A stretch of DNA of 63,585 bases, counting the filler, from Folioceros fuciformis (lineage: Eukaryota): assembly GCA_049999805.1 (NCBI GenBank). It is 6 parts of 6 records of this genome, joined end to end, with 100 filler letters (N's around TTAATTAATTAA, not from the genome) between each part and the next. Parts side by side here need not be neighbours in the genome. Positions count along the whole stretch, not along the records: positions 21,296 to 31,454 come from JBNGIO010004554.1; positions 31,555 to 47,160 come from JBNGIO010004555.1; 4 more parts are not named here. One strand, 5' to 3'. Each line of letters opens with the position of its first letter. Within the stretch, counting starts at the first letter, position 1. The position numbers and the translations under genes were made by a program. The notes under the pieces are model-generated. The model searched no databases, had not been told where the DNA came from, and was given only the letters and a program-made list of their open reading frames with translations. Of this stretch, positions 24,661 to 35,601 are shown one piece after another.

Positions 24661-25930
24661 AGGGCAAGAGAGAGAAGGAAAGAGCAAGATGAGTAGCTTA
24701 GTGAAATAAGGTGTGATGAACAAAGAAGGTCCTCCAAAATATTGGACAATAAAGTGCAGGTTCGCAACAGAGTAAGCGACGGGCAAAGGAGGGGAGGGTG
24801 AGAAGAGAGAAAGAGTCAAGAGTGCAACCGAGCAGCGGTGGGAAACTCGTCATCTCGGGTTGTTGTAGGAGAAACGGGGAACAGCTAAGTCCATCCCACA
24901 ACCGTCGTTAGGTCTTAGTCGCTTCTGTGCTGGTTCGATGTAGTGACCTTGGGGGAGATAACAAGGAGCATGCTCCAAACACTACAGCATGCCAGCTTGG
25001 AGCCTTCTTGCCTGTGGCAGAGAGTGCCGAAGACCAATGGGGAAGGTGCAGTCTACAGTGTGAAGGTTGGTCACTCGGAAACACTGGGGGATCATAGGCC
25101 CCTTCTATATTGTAAAACTAGGACTTATACACTCTCCAGACCTAGAGTCCAGACAATTTTCATTAAAGCAAAAAGATCTTAGACTATCCTTAGAGTTTGA
25201 TGGTCCATCTACCTCAGATCCTAGACTCAATGAGATGGCGGCCACCTGGAGCGTCTTAATGGGAGGTCAGTGCAATGAGGTTGCCAGTGATTGGCTGTCT
25301 GGAGGTACGGCAATGGTTGCAGGTGATGGTGGAGTGGGCCCAGGGGGAGACTCTTCCCCTCCAATGGTGATGGGTAGGGCCAAAGACCCCTTTTGCGGCA
25401 GAACAGACAGGGGTAGGGCCTCTGTAGTAGGAGAGGGGCGACTACGGACCGATCCGGCCAAACTAGAGGGAGCAGTCTGATGTCATGGAGAGGGTGCCAC
25501 TAGAGAGGTTTGAATGCACAAATTCTGCATTTTGAAAATTTGAGCGGAATAAAGTTGCTGCCACATTTAGAGCCTTCTAGTTGCATATCTAGCAATTAGA
25601 AGATGCTAGAATATAATAACTACATAAGAATGGAAGACCTTGTAGGCAGCAAGCCTAGTGCTCTAAAATTGAGAGCAAAATGCTTTGATACCATGATGAG
25701 AATCATAGCTTGCTCTAAGACGCGTTTGCATTGCTTATGTTGCTTGGAGCAAGCGTTTATAAAGTACAAACAAGTATTTGGTAGTTGTAACTGCTATAAC
25801 CGATATAACTACTAACTACTTAAGTAACTTCCTACGAAACTACTTTTAGCCCTAGAATTGATTAAATACTTAATTCTAGGGACTTATAGTGTCCTATTGA
25901 ATAGAACCTAAATAGGCATTTATTTTATCA
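24661..25930 (-). mobile_element. 5' LTR (25694-25930), PBS and leader of another LTR element, interrupted by the previous element
   Basis: LTR TGATGAGAATC...TTATCA; PBS-like TGGTATCAAAGC at 25682-25693; inserted into the RT of a plus-strand copia. Confidence 0.8.
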
Positions 25931-28900
25931 CAAATTACCGCATGGCAGAAAGATGGTTTCGTACGAGTAAGTGAGTGTTTAAACTTAAAATCAAGGCTGA
26001 TAGTACCTTTGACAGGTACAAAACTAGACTAGTAGCAAGTGGTATAACTTCCTTCATAGATTACCTAGAGACGTATGCGCTTGTGGTGAAACTTCCAAAC
26101 TTGCATGCAATGTGTGCAATTTTAACATACAAGGACTATGAATTGTAAATGTTTGATGTCAAGACTGCATTTTTGAATGAAAAGCTTGATACTAAGGTAT
26201 ACATGCAACAGTCTCTTGGCTTCGAAGTCAAAGGCAAGGAGGATCATGTTTGTAAATTGAACAAAACCTTATATGGGTTGAAGCAATTTGCAATGGTATG
26301 GAACACTGTGTTGGATNNNNNNNNNNNNNNNNNNNNNNNNNNNNNNNNNNNNNNNNNNNNNNNNNNNNNNNNNNNNNNNNNNNNNNNNNNNNNNNNNNNN
26401 NNNNNNNNNNNNNNNNGGTTGAAGCAATTTGCAATGGTATGGAACACTGTGTTGGATGCTGAACTTCTAGCGTTTGGCTTTACCAAGAGTCAAGCTTATT
26501 GAAGCCCTTATTTTTAAAATCAAAACGAGATTGTGTGTTATTTGGTAGTGTATGTAGATGATTTAATACTATCTAGTAACAATCCAGCTTTCATCACAAG
26601 AATTACAAACTTGCTTCCCACAAAGTTCAAGATGTCGAATATGAAGGATTGCTAGAGGAGCTGCAAGGTGAAGAAGGAGAGGAGGAGGCAAGGAGGAGAG
26701 GAGGAGGCAAGGAGGAGAGGAGGAGGCAAGGAGGAGAGGAGAAAGAGAGGTCACACTCTCAGTGTCTCAATAGCAAGGGAGCTCAAAGGGGTATTTATAC
26801 CCTCTAGAAGAGCTCCCTAGGAAGCTTCACAAGAAGCGCACAAGAAGCTGCGCAAGAAGCTTCCCACTAATTAGTTTAAGCTAATCGAAACTAATGATAC
26901 TTAACTAGACACTAATCTTAGACTAAACACATTAGTCTTAGCACATTGGCCTTTAATAACCCTACAACCTCCCACTTAAAGGCCAATTTATCTTCATAGG
27001 AGAGTGGTCTACCTCATGCCCATGAGTGTCCGAGCTTGTGCAAATTGCTCCATAGAGAGCCCCTTGGTAAGAACATCTGCAGGGTTCTAACTGTGTGAAC
27101 TTTGACAAGCTGTACCCTCTTGTCTTCCAACACCTCTCGAATGAAGTGATACTTCACTTCCACATGTTTGGTCTTCGCATGAATCACTGGATTCTTTGCC
27201 AATTGGATAGCACTCTGGCTATCACAATGCAACACTGGCAGCTCAACCTTGATCCCCAAATCTCCCACTAAACGAGCAAGCCACATGGCTTCCTTGCACG
27301 CCTTAGTCGCTGCAACATACTCGGTCTCTGTGGTAGTTAGCGTTATGCACGATTGCAAACAAGATCGCCATGAGATTGCCCCTCCAATGCACATGAAGAC
27401 ATAACCTGATGTGGACCTCCTTTTGTCCATATCCCCTACATAATCAGCATCCGTACATCCCATTACAGATGCATCTTCACTACCAAAACATAAGCACAAA
27501 GCTTTTGTACCATTCAAGTACCTCATAACTCCTTTCACTGCCTCCCAATGCTTCCTGCCATGGTTTGACATAAACCTGCTAACCACTCCCACTACAAAAG
27601 CAATGTCAGGACGTGTAGCAATCATTGCATACATCAAACTCCCTACAGTTGATGAGTATGGAACCTTCTTCATTTCAGCTTTGTCCTCCGCAGAACTTAG
27701 GCAATCCTTGCTCGAAAGTTTCACATATGGAGGCAACGGAGTACTCAATACCTTCCCCTTCTCCATATTGAAACGTTGAAGCACCTTGTTAATGTATTCA
27801 GTCTGAGACAAGTAAAGCAAATGCTTTTGTCTATCTCGACGAATACGCATGCCAAGAATATGGCTTGCCTCTCCCAAGTCTATCATGTCAAAGCGAGCAT
27901 TCAACTTTGACTTCAAAGTTGAAATCTTATCACTGCTAGTCCCAGCAATTAGCATATCATCCACATGGAGGACCAGAATGAGCAAGCTTCCATCCTTAGC
28001 TTGCTTCGTATAGAGGCAATGACCCTCATCGCTACGCTTGTAGCCTTGAGAAAGCATAAACGACATGGAGAAGGGAAAGGTATTGAGTACTCCATTGCCT
28101 CCATATGTGAAACTTTCGAGCAAGGATTGCCCAAGTTTTTCGAAGGACAAAGCTGAAATGGAGAAGGTTCCATACTCATCAGCTGTAGGGAGTTTGATGT
28201 ATGCAATGATTGCTACACATCCTGACATTGCTTTGCAGTGGGAGTGGTTAGTAGGTTTATGTCAAACCATGGTAGGAAGCATTGGGAGGTAGTGAAAGGA
28301 GTTATGAGGTACTTAAGTGGTACGAAAGAAAGGCAAGGAGGAGAGGAGAAAGAGAGGTCACACTTTCAGTGTCTCAATAGCAAGGGAGCTCAAGGGAGTA
28401 TTTATACCCTCTAGAAGAGCTCCCTTGGAAGCTTCACAAGAAGCGCACACGAAGCTGCGCAAGAAGCTTCATACATATTAGCTTAAGCTAATCTAAACTA
28501 ATGATACTTAACTAGACACTAAATCTTAGACTAAACACATTAGTCTAAGTACATTGGGCTTTAATAACCCTACAGAATTTTGGCCCTCTCCAAAGTTGTC
28601 TTAGCATCCATGTGCAGCGCAATAGAAACAAGAGGGTCATAACTCTTACACAACCAAGATATTTGCTAGCCAGTGCAGAACAACTAGGTTTGAAAGATAC
28701 AAAACCAGCTGCAACACCTTTACCTAGTGGTCTTAAGCTTAGCAAGAATATGTCATCACAAAAAGATGTTGAAAAGGAGAGAATGTCTTCAATTCTTTTT
28801 AGACAGGCTGTTCATAAGCTAATCTATGCTGCTAACACAACTTACCTTGAAGTAGCCTTTGCGACAAGTTCACTTTCACAATTCTTGGAAAACCCAAGGT

Positions 28901-29450
28901 TAGAGCATTGGATATGTGCTAAGAGAGTGTTTAGATATTTGAAAGGAACTCCTAATAGAGGCATAAAATACTGTTACATACCTAGACAACAACTTGAGCT
29001 TGAGGTTTATACTGATTCTAATTATGCTGGAAACATAGATCACAGAAAATCAATTTCAAGTTACGTAATGAGTATTGCAAGTAGGCCAATTTGTTGGATG
29101 AGCAAGAAACAACCCACATTAGCACTTTCAAGCATTGAAGCTGAGTATAGAGTACTCACTGTAGTAGCGCAAGAAGTAATCTGGTGTAATATGCTTTTCA
29201 GTGAGATGTGTATTTCGTTACTTACATATACAGTGATTCGCACAGACAGTCAACGCTCCATGTTGCTGGCACAAAACCTCGTCTTTCATGCAAGAACAAG
29301 ACATGTAGAGGTGGAGTATCATTTCATTCGTGATCTCATTAAGGTAGGAAAAATAAGTCTTGAGTACATACCAACACAAGCAAATCTAGCAGACATCTTG
29401 ACCTAAGCTCTAGGAAAAGAGCTACATGAACAACATGTTAAAAGTTAAGG
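25931..29450 (+). mobile_element. Old copia RT/RNase H, split by an insertion at 26642-28574
   Basis: RYKTRLVA, FDVKTAFLN, LYGLKQ and VYVDDL lie before the insertion. LTQPRY, YTDSNYAG, EAEY and RTRHVEVEYHFIRD lie after it. Confidence 0.9.
26642..28574 (-). mobile_element. Internally deleted and rearranged copia (same family as 1-3318): 3' LTR 26642-26966, PPT, RT/RNase H, inverted RT piece, partial 5' LTR 28330-28574
   Basis: High similarity to ~1840-3140. TG...CA ends with a near-perfect TSD GAATA (26637-26641) / GAATT (28575-28579). No gag, integrase or PBS. Confidence 0.9.
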
Positions 29451-30524
29451 CCTAGGGGACTCTTCTAAGTTCCTAGGAATAGTCACCATGAATTGAAACA
29501 TGAGAACATCAAGCTCTAACTACGACAACTGGAAGAGGAGTTGTCATCTAAAGTGAAGTCGTTGAAAATTTTGTCTGTATGTTTCAAGTAGTAAGAGCCT
29601 CCATCAGACTCAAGTTCACTCGACTATGGACTATCTTCATCTTCCACATATGGATCAAAAAAATCACGATTGCCCAAAGACATGTTTGATTTTCTCCATG
29701 GTCTTTGCTTGTCAAAATTCTCTCTTCAGACTGTAGATCAACCTCTTCTTCCAAGCACATGTTGTATCCTATTAGAAGCAGTGGGAGCTTACGTGTTACC
29801 CACACCAGACACCAAAAAATAAAAACAAGCATATGTTCCAAGAGTGGTTACTTACTGTATGTGTTGATAATGTGCCTAGGGAACAACTAGCAAGCCACCT
29901 TCACGTGCTTCATTGAAGTTTGGATGCTACCCACATAAACGGTGTACCATAGTGGACTACGAGGCTACTTTATGGAACCAAGGGTGACAATCTGCGTCTT
30001 CTTGAATAGGTCTGATGGTTTAGGGAAGCTTAGATTTTTGCTAGAGTCAGCCTTGAACTCACAGAAATTTCAAAATTTCAGGAAAACAGGAAATTTCAAA
30101 ATCTTGGCCTTGGTGGAACTTTCCTTGCAATCGTGGGTGTCACACTAGCAGAGCGCCATGCAGAACTACCACACATGGAGCTCTTTGGAGTAGTCACATC
30201 CTTATAGCGCTGCAGACTTCTCTTAGTGACCTCCCTCGCGATGCTCCTAGGTTTGTGTTTCCCTTTGCTGCTCGTCTCACAAGAATATGAAGCCTTGCCC
30301 TTATCACAATTAGCAACTCCATTAGAGGAAAATTGGCCTAGGGCATCTCGAGCCTAACATCGGCCCTTTGGAGGAGTATGTTCATAAGAGGAAGACATCT
30401 TGTTGAGTACCGCAACTCTTCTCTCGAGACAGTTTATGAAGGCAAGGCTCAAGGCGCAAAGGACGATAATGAAGGGAGTGTACATATTAGCAACACACGC
30501 ACTTGGGTTTTCTTACGTTTTGGT

Positions 30525-30751
30525 TGATGGAATCCAAGTAGCAGGATTGTGTAGCATGCATCTAGTCCTTGATGCAAGACATATTTATATTAGCATTAGT
30601 AGAAAGGTTTACAAAGAGTATTTTTATAGTTGAGATGTGGGTAGCCCATTACAAAGGGGCATGCCTTTTTGTGGTGACTTATAGTTATGGACGGTAACTA
30701 TTCTACAAGCAAAGTTATGGGCAGATTAACCGTTCCGTAACACTCCCTCTT
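30525..30751 (-). mobile_element. 3' LTR (~30525-30742) with PPT, related to the LTR at 24439-24660
   Basis: Shared CAGATTAAC.GTTCCGTAA terminus; PPT AAGAGGGAG on the minus strand at 30743-30751. Confidence 0.75.
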
Positions 30752-31454
30752 AAGTTGAGCGTAACTTGACTAGTGACGAAGGCTATCTTCCATGGGAAGT
30801 GACGCTCCTTGGTGATGCGTTCCCTATGGCGGCCAAGTCCTCTCTCTTGTCTTACGTTATAGCAATCAGACCTAGCTTTTGCATGTGATAGTAATGTGTG
30901 AACCTCCAAAGTTTGGGGTAGTAGTTTGTTTTGGTTGAAAAAGGGTTAATAGTGGTATGGTTTGGTTTTCTTTTTCAACTTATTTTCCCTAATTTTTCTT
31001 TATTTTCTGGTCATTTTTCCTATTTTTCTTTGTACTAATTAGGTTAATTGACCAGGAAATAGTTGGTTTGGTTATAAGAGTGGGTATAGGTTTGGTCCCA
31101 GACTTGGGAAGGTTTAGGTCCAGTACCGGACCATAGGGTTGGGAAAGTTTGAGTCTAGGTCTGGTGATTAGTTTAATATTAATTAAAGATATATAATATT
31201 AAATGATTAAATAATATAATAATAAAATAAGGGTTTGAACATAGGAACGGGTATCTGGGTATGTCAGTGTCAGGGGTCAGGGTCTGACGATAGGCTGGCT
31301 GATTGCTTGGCTGGCATGAACGGCCATGGAGGCCATGCCCTAGCTAGAGCTAGAGGCAGGGGTTGCGGCCGTCCCCATCCCTTTTCCCCCTTTCTCCCTT
31401 CCTCCTTCATTCCCTTCTTGCCCCCTTTCTCTTCTTCCTCCCTTCCTTCTCAAT

Positions 31455-31554
31455 NNNNNNNNNNNNNNNNNNNNNNNNNNNNNNNNNNNNNNNNNNNNTT
31501 AATTAATTAANNNNNNNNNNNNNNNNNNNNNNNNNNNNNNNNNNNNNNNNNNNN
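31455..31554. other. Artificial scaffold linker
   Basis: N44-TTAATTAATTAA-N44. Confidence 0.97.
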
Positions 31555-32503
31555 CAGCTGCAGAAATGCTGCAGACATCTGGATCCGTTGCGCGACGCAG
31601 CGCAACTCTCCACTTCTGCTATCAGCACTCGTGAGTACTTCACCTTTACCACATCTCTTCACTCGTCATACGCTGGTATAGAAGCTGGAACCTCGTAACT
31701 TTTCTGTTTTTCAGGGGAGCCGTGCTCATCGGCAGATCATTTTCCCAGGAGGTCTTGCATTTCGTACAAGGTATTGCACGGTCAGCGAGGCTTTCGTGTG
31801 CCAATTCGAACAATTTTTCCTACCGATGTCAATTTGTAGCAACAATCCAATTATTATCCTTCCAGCAGAGCGCAATGTTGGCAGTGGTCTCACTGCATGG
31901 AAGGATGAAAGTTGAAAGCGTTCCAAGAAAGACCATCGTGACATCCACAGCGTCCCACCAGCCTAGACTTCGTCAGGGAGCAGCTGCTATTGAGGAATTG
32001 CTGGGTACAGCAGAGGGATGCAAGTCATCAACTAGCCACTGTAAGAATTTTGATAGTCCCTCTCATTGGTACTCTCTTTTAGGATAGATTTGCAGCTAAC
32101 AAGCTCTCAGATGCTTATGCTCAGTTGGCTCCACAGTGGAGTCGCAGGAAGAATTACGAGGAAGTTTTGTGCCTTATACTTCACAGTGTCAGGAGAACAA
32201 TTCAATCAAGGTATTTGCTGATCACGATTTATATGCTCTTTGGCAGTTGGAGGTAGTGATGTAAAAGTGACTCAAACATCCCATCAATGCAGGGAAACCC
32301 CCAATATGCAGCCCTTCGGTGCAGCGCACCGAAAGATGCAGCATGGTTCCACTTGTCGGAATACTGTAAACTACAACCAGTGCAGACTGCTGGTGCGTGT
32401 GCATCCTACCAGCCTGGGTTTGACAAAGGAGCTGAGTGTTTGAAGTCCGGGAGGTCCTTGCTTCTTTTTGCCGCCTCTGATCTTAGCTGCTTTTGTAGTC
32501 CAG

Positions 32504-35392
32504 ATGGTCTTCGTCACACATCTTCATACTTACCAAGTTGTTCAGCCCAGGAACCTTAAATTGGTCAGCACAACTTACAGTCCCCTACCTTGCAGTGTGA
32601 CAGTGCGTGTCGAAGATTTGGGAGTCGAATGTGCAAGCGATTTACAGGAGAGGGAACTCTTCTCTGCGGATTCTCAAGGATTTGACCTGTTGCTGCAGTG
32701 GGGGTCTTATATTCCCAGCTCTCTGCTCTATCAGGCCCTGAGGAGATGCATTGCAAAGAAGGATTTGATTACTGGTCAAATGGTTCATGGAGTGATTGTC
32801 AAAAATGGTTATAAATCTGACAGATTCCTGGGCAACCATGTGATCCGCATGTATGGTGCTCATGGAAAATTGCAAGAAGCATTGCTGGTCTTTTCCACTC
32901 TACACGCTCCAAATGCTCATTCGTGGTCTTGCATTATTTTGGCACATGCTGAGCATGGGCACGCTGTCCAAGCTATAGAGCTGTATTGGCAGATGCGGCA
33001 GTCAACTGTGATGCCAGATAATCACACTTTTGTAGCAGTTCTGAAAGCGTGTGTATGTGCAGCAGATTTGGCTGCAGGCAGGCAGGTCCATGCTGATCTC
33101 TTAAGTGCTGCAGTTGAGCCTGACGTCTATGTTGGCAACTGCCTTGTGGACATGTATGCTAAATGTGGGAGCCTACAGGATGCACGTAGGATATTCGATC
33201 ATCTGTCTGTGAAGGATGTGGTTTCATGGACCGCTATGCTGGGAGGGTATACCTTTCACGGGCTTGGTCAAGAAGCCCTTTCACTTTATGCATACATGCA
33301 ACATGAGGGGATTACTGTGGTCGATCATGTTACACTCGTCTGCCTTCTCAAAGCGTGTTCAGCGACTGGGGCCTTGGATCAGGGTCTGCAGCTTCATGCC
33401 CAAGTTCGAGGAAAAAGACTGGAAGACGATGTTGTTGTTGGAAGCTCCCTGGTGGACATGTATGCCAAATGTGGCAGGCTGGATGACGCTCGAAGGGTGT
33501 TTGACAAGTTGATGTCAAGGAATGTTGTGACGTGGACTGCCATGCTTGCAGGATATGCAGAGCATGGGCTGGGCGAAGAAGCACTGGATCTTTATGCAAG
33601 CATGCAACAGGAAGGCATCACTCTAGCTGATCAGGTTAGTATTGTCTGCCTCCTCAAAGCATGTGCGAGCAGTGGAGCACTAGATATTGGCAGGCAGCTG
33701 CATATTCAGGTTCAGGAGAGGGGACTGGAAGCTGATGTTGTTATTGGCAACTGTCTGGTGGACATGTATGCAAAATGTGGGAGCTTAGATGATGCCAAGA
33801 GCGTGTTTGACAATTTGGCCCAAAGAGATGTGGTTACTTGGACTGGCATGCTTTCAGGATACGCAGAGCAGGGATTTGGTCAAGAGGCCCTCACTCTTTA
33901 TGCTCGTATGCGTCAAGACGGCATAACTCCAGACGATCATGTCGCCTTTGCATGCCTCCTTAAAGCGTGTGCAAGTGTTGGAGCGCTCGATCAAGGAAAG
34001 CAAATACACGTCGAGCTGCAGAAAAGAGGATTGGAAGGCCACGTAATTGTTGGGAACTGCCTGGTGGACATGTACGCAAAATGTGGGAGCTTGGATGATG
34101 CACGTATGGTGTTTGACGGTCTACCAACCAAGACGGTTGCATCCTGGACTGCCATGCTCTCAGGATATGCTGATCACGGTCTTGGTCAAGATGCCCTTGC
34201 TCTATATGCGGCTATGCAAAAGGAAGGTAACATTTCAGCTGATCAAGTCACCTTTATTTGCCTGCTGAAATTATGTGCTAGTATTGGAGCATTAGATCAG
34301 GGAATGGAGATTCATTCTCGAGTTCAAGAAAACGGACTGGAAGCTGATGTGGTTGTTGGAAGCTGTTTGGTGGACATGTACGCGAAGTGTGGGAGCTTAG
34401 CTGATGCCCGTAGGGTATTTGAGGCTTTGCCAGAACGCAATGTGGTTACATGGACTTCCATGATCACAGCTTATTCTCAGGATGGATTCGGGCATGAAGC
34501 CCTTGCCCTTTACGGTAGGATGATCCGGGAGGGCATTACAGCTGATCATGTGGCATTGACATCCCTCTTTAAAGCATGTGCTAACACTGGGGCATTGCAT
34601 CAGGGGAAACAACTCCATATTCAGGTTCAGGGGGAAGGATTAGAATCGGACATGGTCTTTGGAAGTTGCCTAGTGGATATGTATGCGAAGTGCGGGAGCT
34701 TAGATGATGCCTGCGTGGTTTTCAACAAATTGGTCACGAAAAATGTGGTAACATGGAATGCTATGCTCGGTGCATTTTCTCAGCATGGCCGCGGTCACGA
34801 AGCCCTGCAGTGTTACGAGGACATGCAACTGTCAGGTATTAGTCCCGATGAAGTGACATTCCTTTCACTTCTCTCGGCGTGCAGTCATGCAGGCCTAGTC
34901 GACAAAGGTATGGAGTACTTCGAATCTATGACTAAAGGTTATGGCATATCTCCGAAGATTGAGCACTATGTGAGCATGATAGATCTCTTCGGACGAGCTG
35001 GAAGGTTTGCGAGAGTAGAGGAAATGCTATCGACAATGCCGATGCAGCCCGATGTGGCCGTATGGTTGTCTGTGTTGGCAGCTTGCCGGACCCACACCAA
35101 CTTGGCTCTAGCACAAGTAGCATTTGCGCGTGCAGTTCATCTGCAGCCAAAGCATCCGGCGTCATATTTGTTGATGTCACAAATTTATGCTTCTGCTGGC
35201 CTTCTGGACCGAGCACAACAGGTGCAGTTCTTAAGAAAGAGGGAAGGCGCGTGGAAGGAGCCCGGACACAGTTGGTTTGCACATGAAGGGCGAGTGCACT
35301 GTTTTTTCGTGGGCAAATCTCATTTACAGAGCATAGAATTGCATGATATAATAGAAGAGGTAAGTAAACAGGCGACGGAGGTGGCGGAGTAA
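32504..35392 (+). CDS. PLS-class pentatricopeptide repeat protein with E1/E2 and PG box (E+), no DYW domain
   Basis: About 7 P-L-S triplets with recurring LVDMYAKCG / VVTWT.M..GY / F.CLLKAC, then LLSACSHAG, HYVSMIDLFGRAG, YLLMSQIYA and WKEPGHSW. Stop ~40 aa later. The true start may lie in upstream spliced exons (31560-32600). Confidence 0.95.
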   Translation: MVFVTHLHTYQVVQPRNLKLVSTTYSPLPCSVTVRVEDLGVECASDLQERELFSADSQGFDLLLQWGSYIPSSLLYQALRRCIAKKDLITGQMVHGVIVKNGYKSDRFLGNHVIRMYGAHGKLQEALLVFSTLHAPNAHSWSCIILAHAEHGHAVQAIELYWQMRQSTVMPDNHTFVAVLKACVCAADLAAGRQVHADLLSAAVEPDVYVGNCLVDMYAKCGSLQDARRIFDHLSVKDVVSWTAMLGGYTFHGLGQEALSLYAYMQHEGITVVDHVTLVCLLKACSATGALDQGLQLHAQVRGKRLEDDVVVGSSLVDMYAKCGRLDDARRVFDKLMSRNVVTWTAMLAGYAEHGLGEEALDLYASMQQEGITLADQVSIVCLLKACASSGALDIGRQLHIQVQERGLEADVVIGNCLVDMYAKCGSLDDAKSVFDNLAQRDVVTWTGMLSGYAEQGFGQEALTLYARMRQDGITPDDHVAFACLLKACASVGALDQGKQIHVELQKRGLEGHVIVGNCLVDMYAKCGSLDDARMVFDGLPTKTVASWTAMLSGYADHGLGQDALALYAAMQKEGNISADQVTFICLLKLCASIGALDQGMEIHSRVQENGLEADVVVGSCLVDMYAKCGSLADARRVFEALPERNVVTWTSMITAYSQDGFGHEALALYGRMIREGITADHVALTSLFKACANTGALHQGKQLHIQVQGEGLESDMVFGSCLVDMYAKCGSLDDACVVFNKLVTKNVVTWNAMLGAFSQHGRGHEALQCYEDMQLSGISPDEVTFLSLLSACSHAGLVDKGMEYFESMTKGYGISPKIEHYVSMIDLFGRAGRFARVEEMLSTMPMQPDVAVWLSVLAACRTHTNLALAQVAFARAVHLQPKHPASYLLMSQIYASAGLLDRAQQVQFLRKREGAWKEPGHSWFAHEGRVHCFFVGKSHLQSIELHDIIEEVSKQATEVAE

Positions 35393-35601
35393 GGTGTTTC
35401 TGACAGTGCCAAAAAAATCTTCATTTTCTCCTGTCGTATTTACGTACTGGATGTCTTCTGAAGGACAACCAGATGGTTTGAATTCTCTGCCTTCAGAGAC
35501 ATTTTGATCATTACTGTGTTTCACAAACTTTTATATCCCACTAGCAAGGATGCTATTGTATTAGAGGATCATGACAGTCCTGATTTGACTTGGCCAGACG
35601 C

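Noticed and set aside
26275-26458. Duplicated LKQFAMVWNTVLD segment in RT
   Set aside because: It is an exact copy on either side of a 100-N gap, so it is an assembly overlap.
27014-28228. 404-aa ORF as a novel fusion protein
   Set aside because: Its N-terminal ~55 aa are just the antisense reading of the inverted RT piece joined to normal RT/RNase H.
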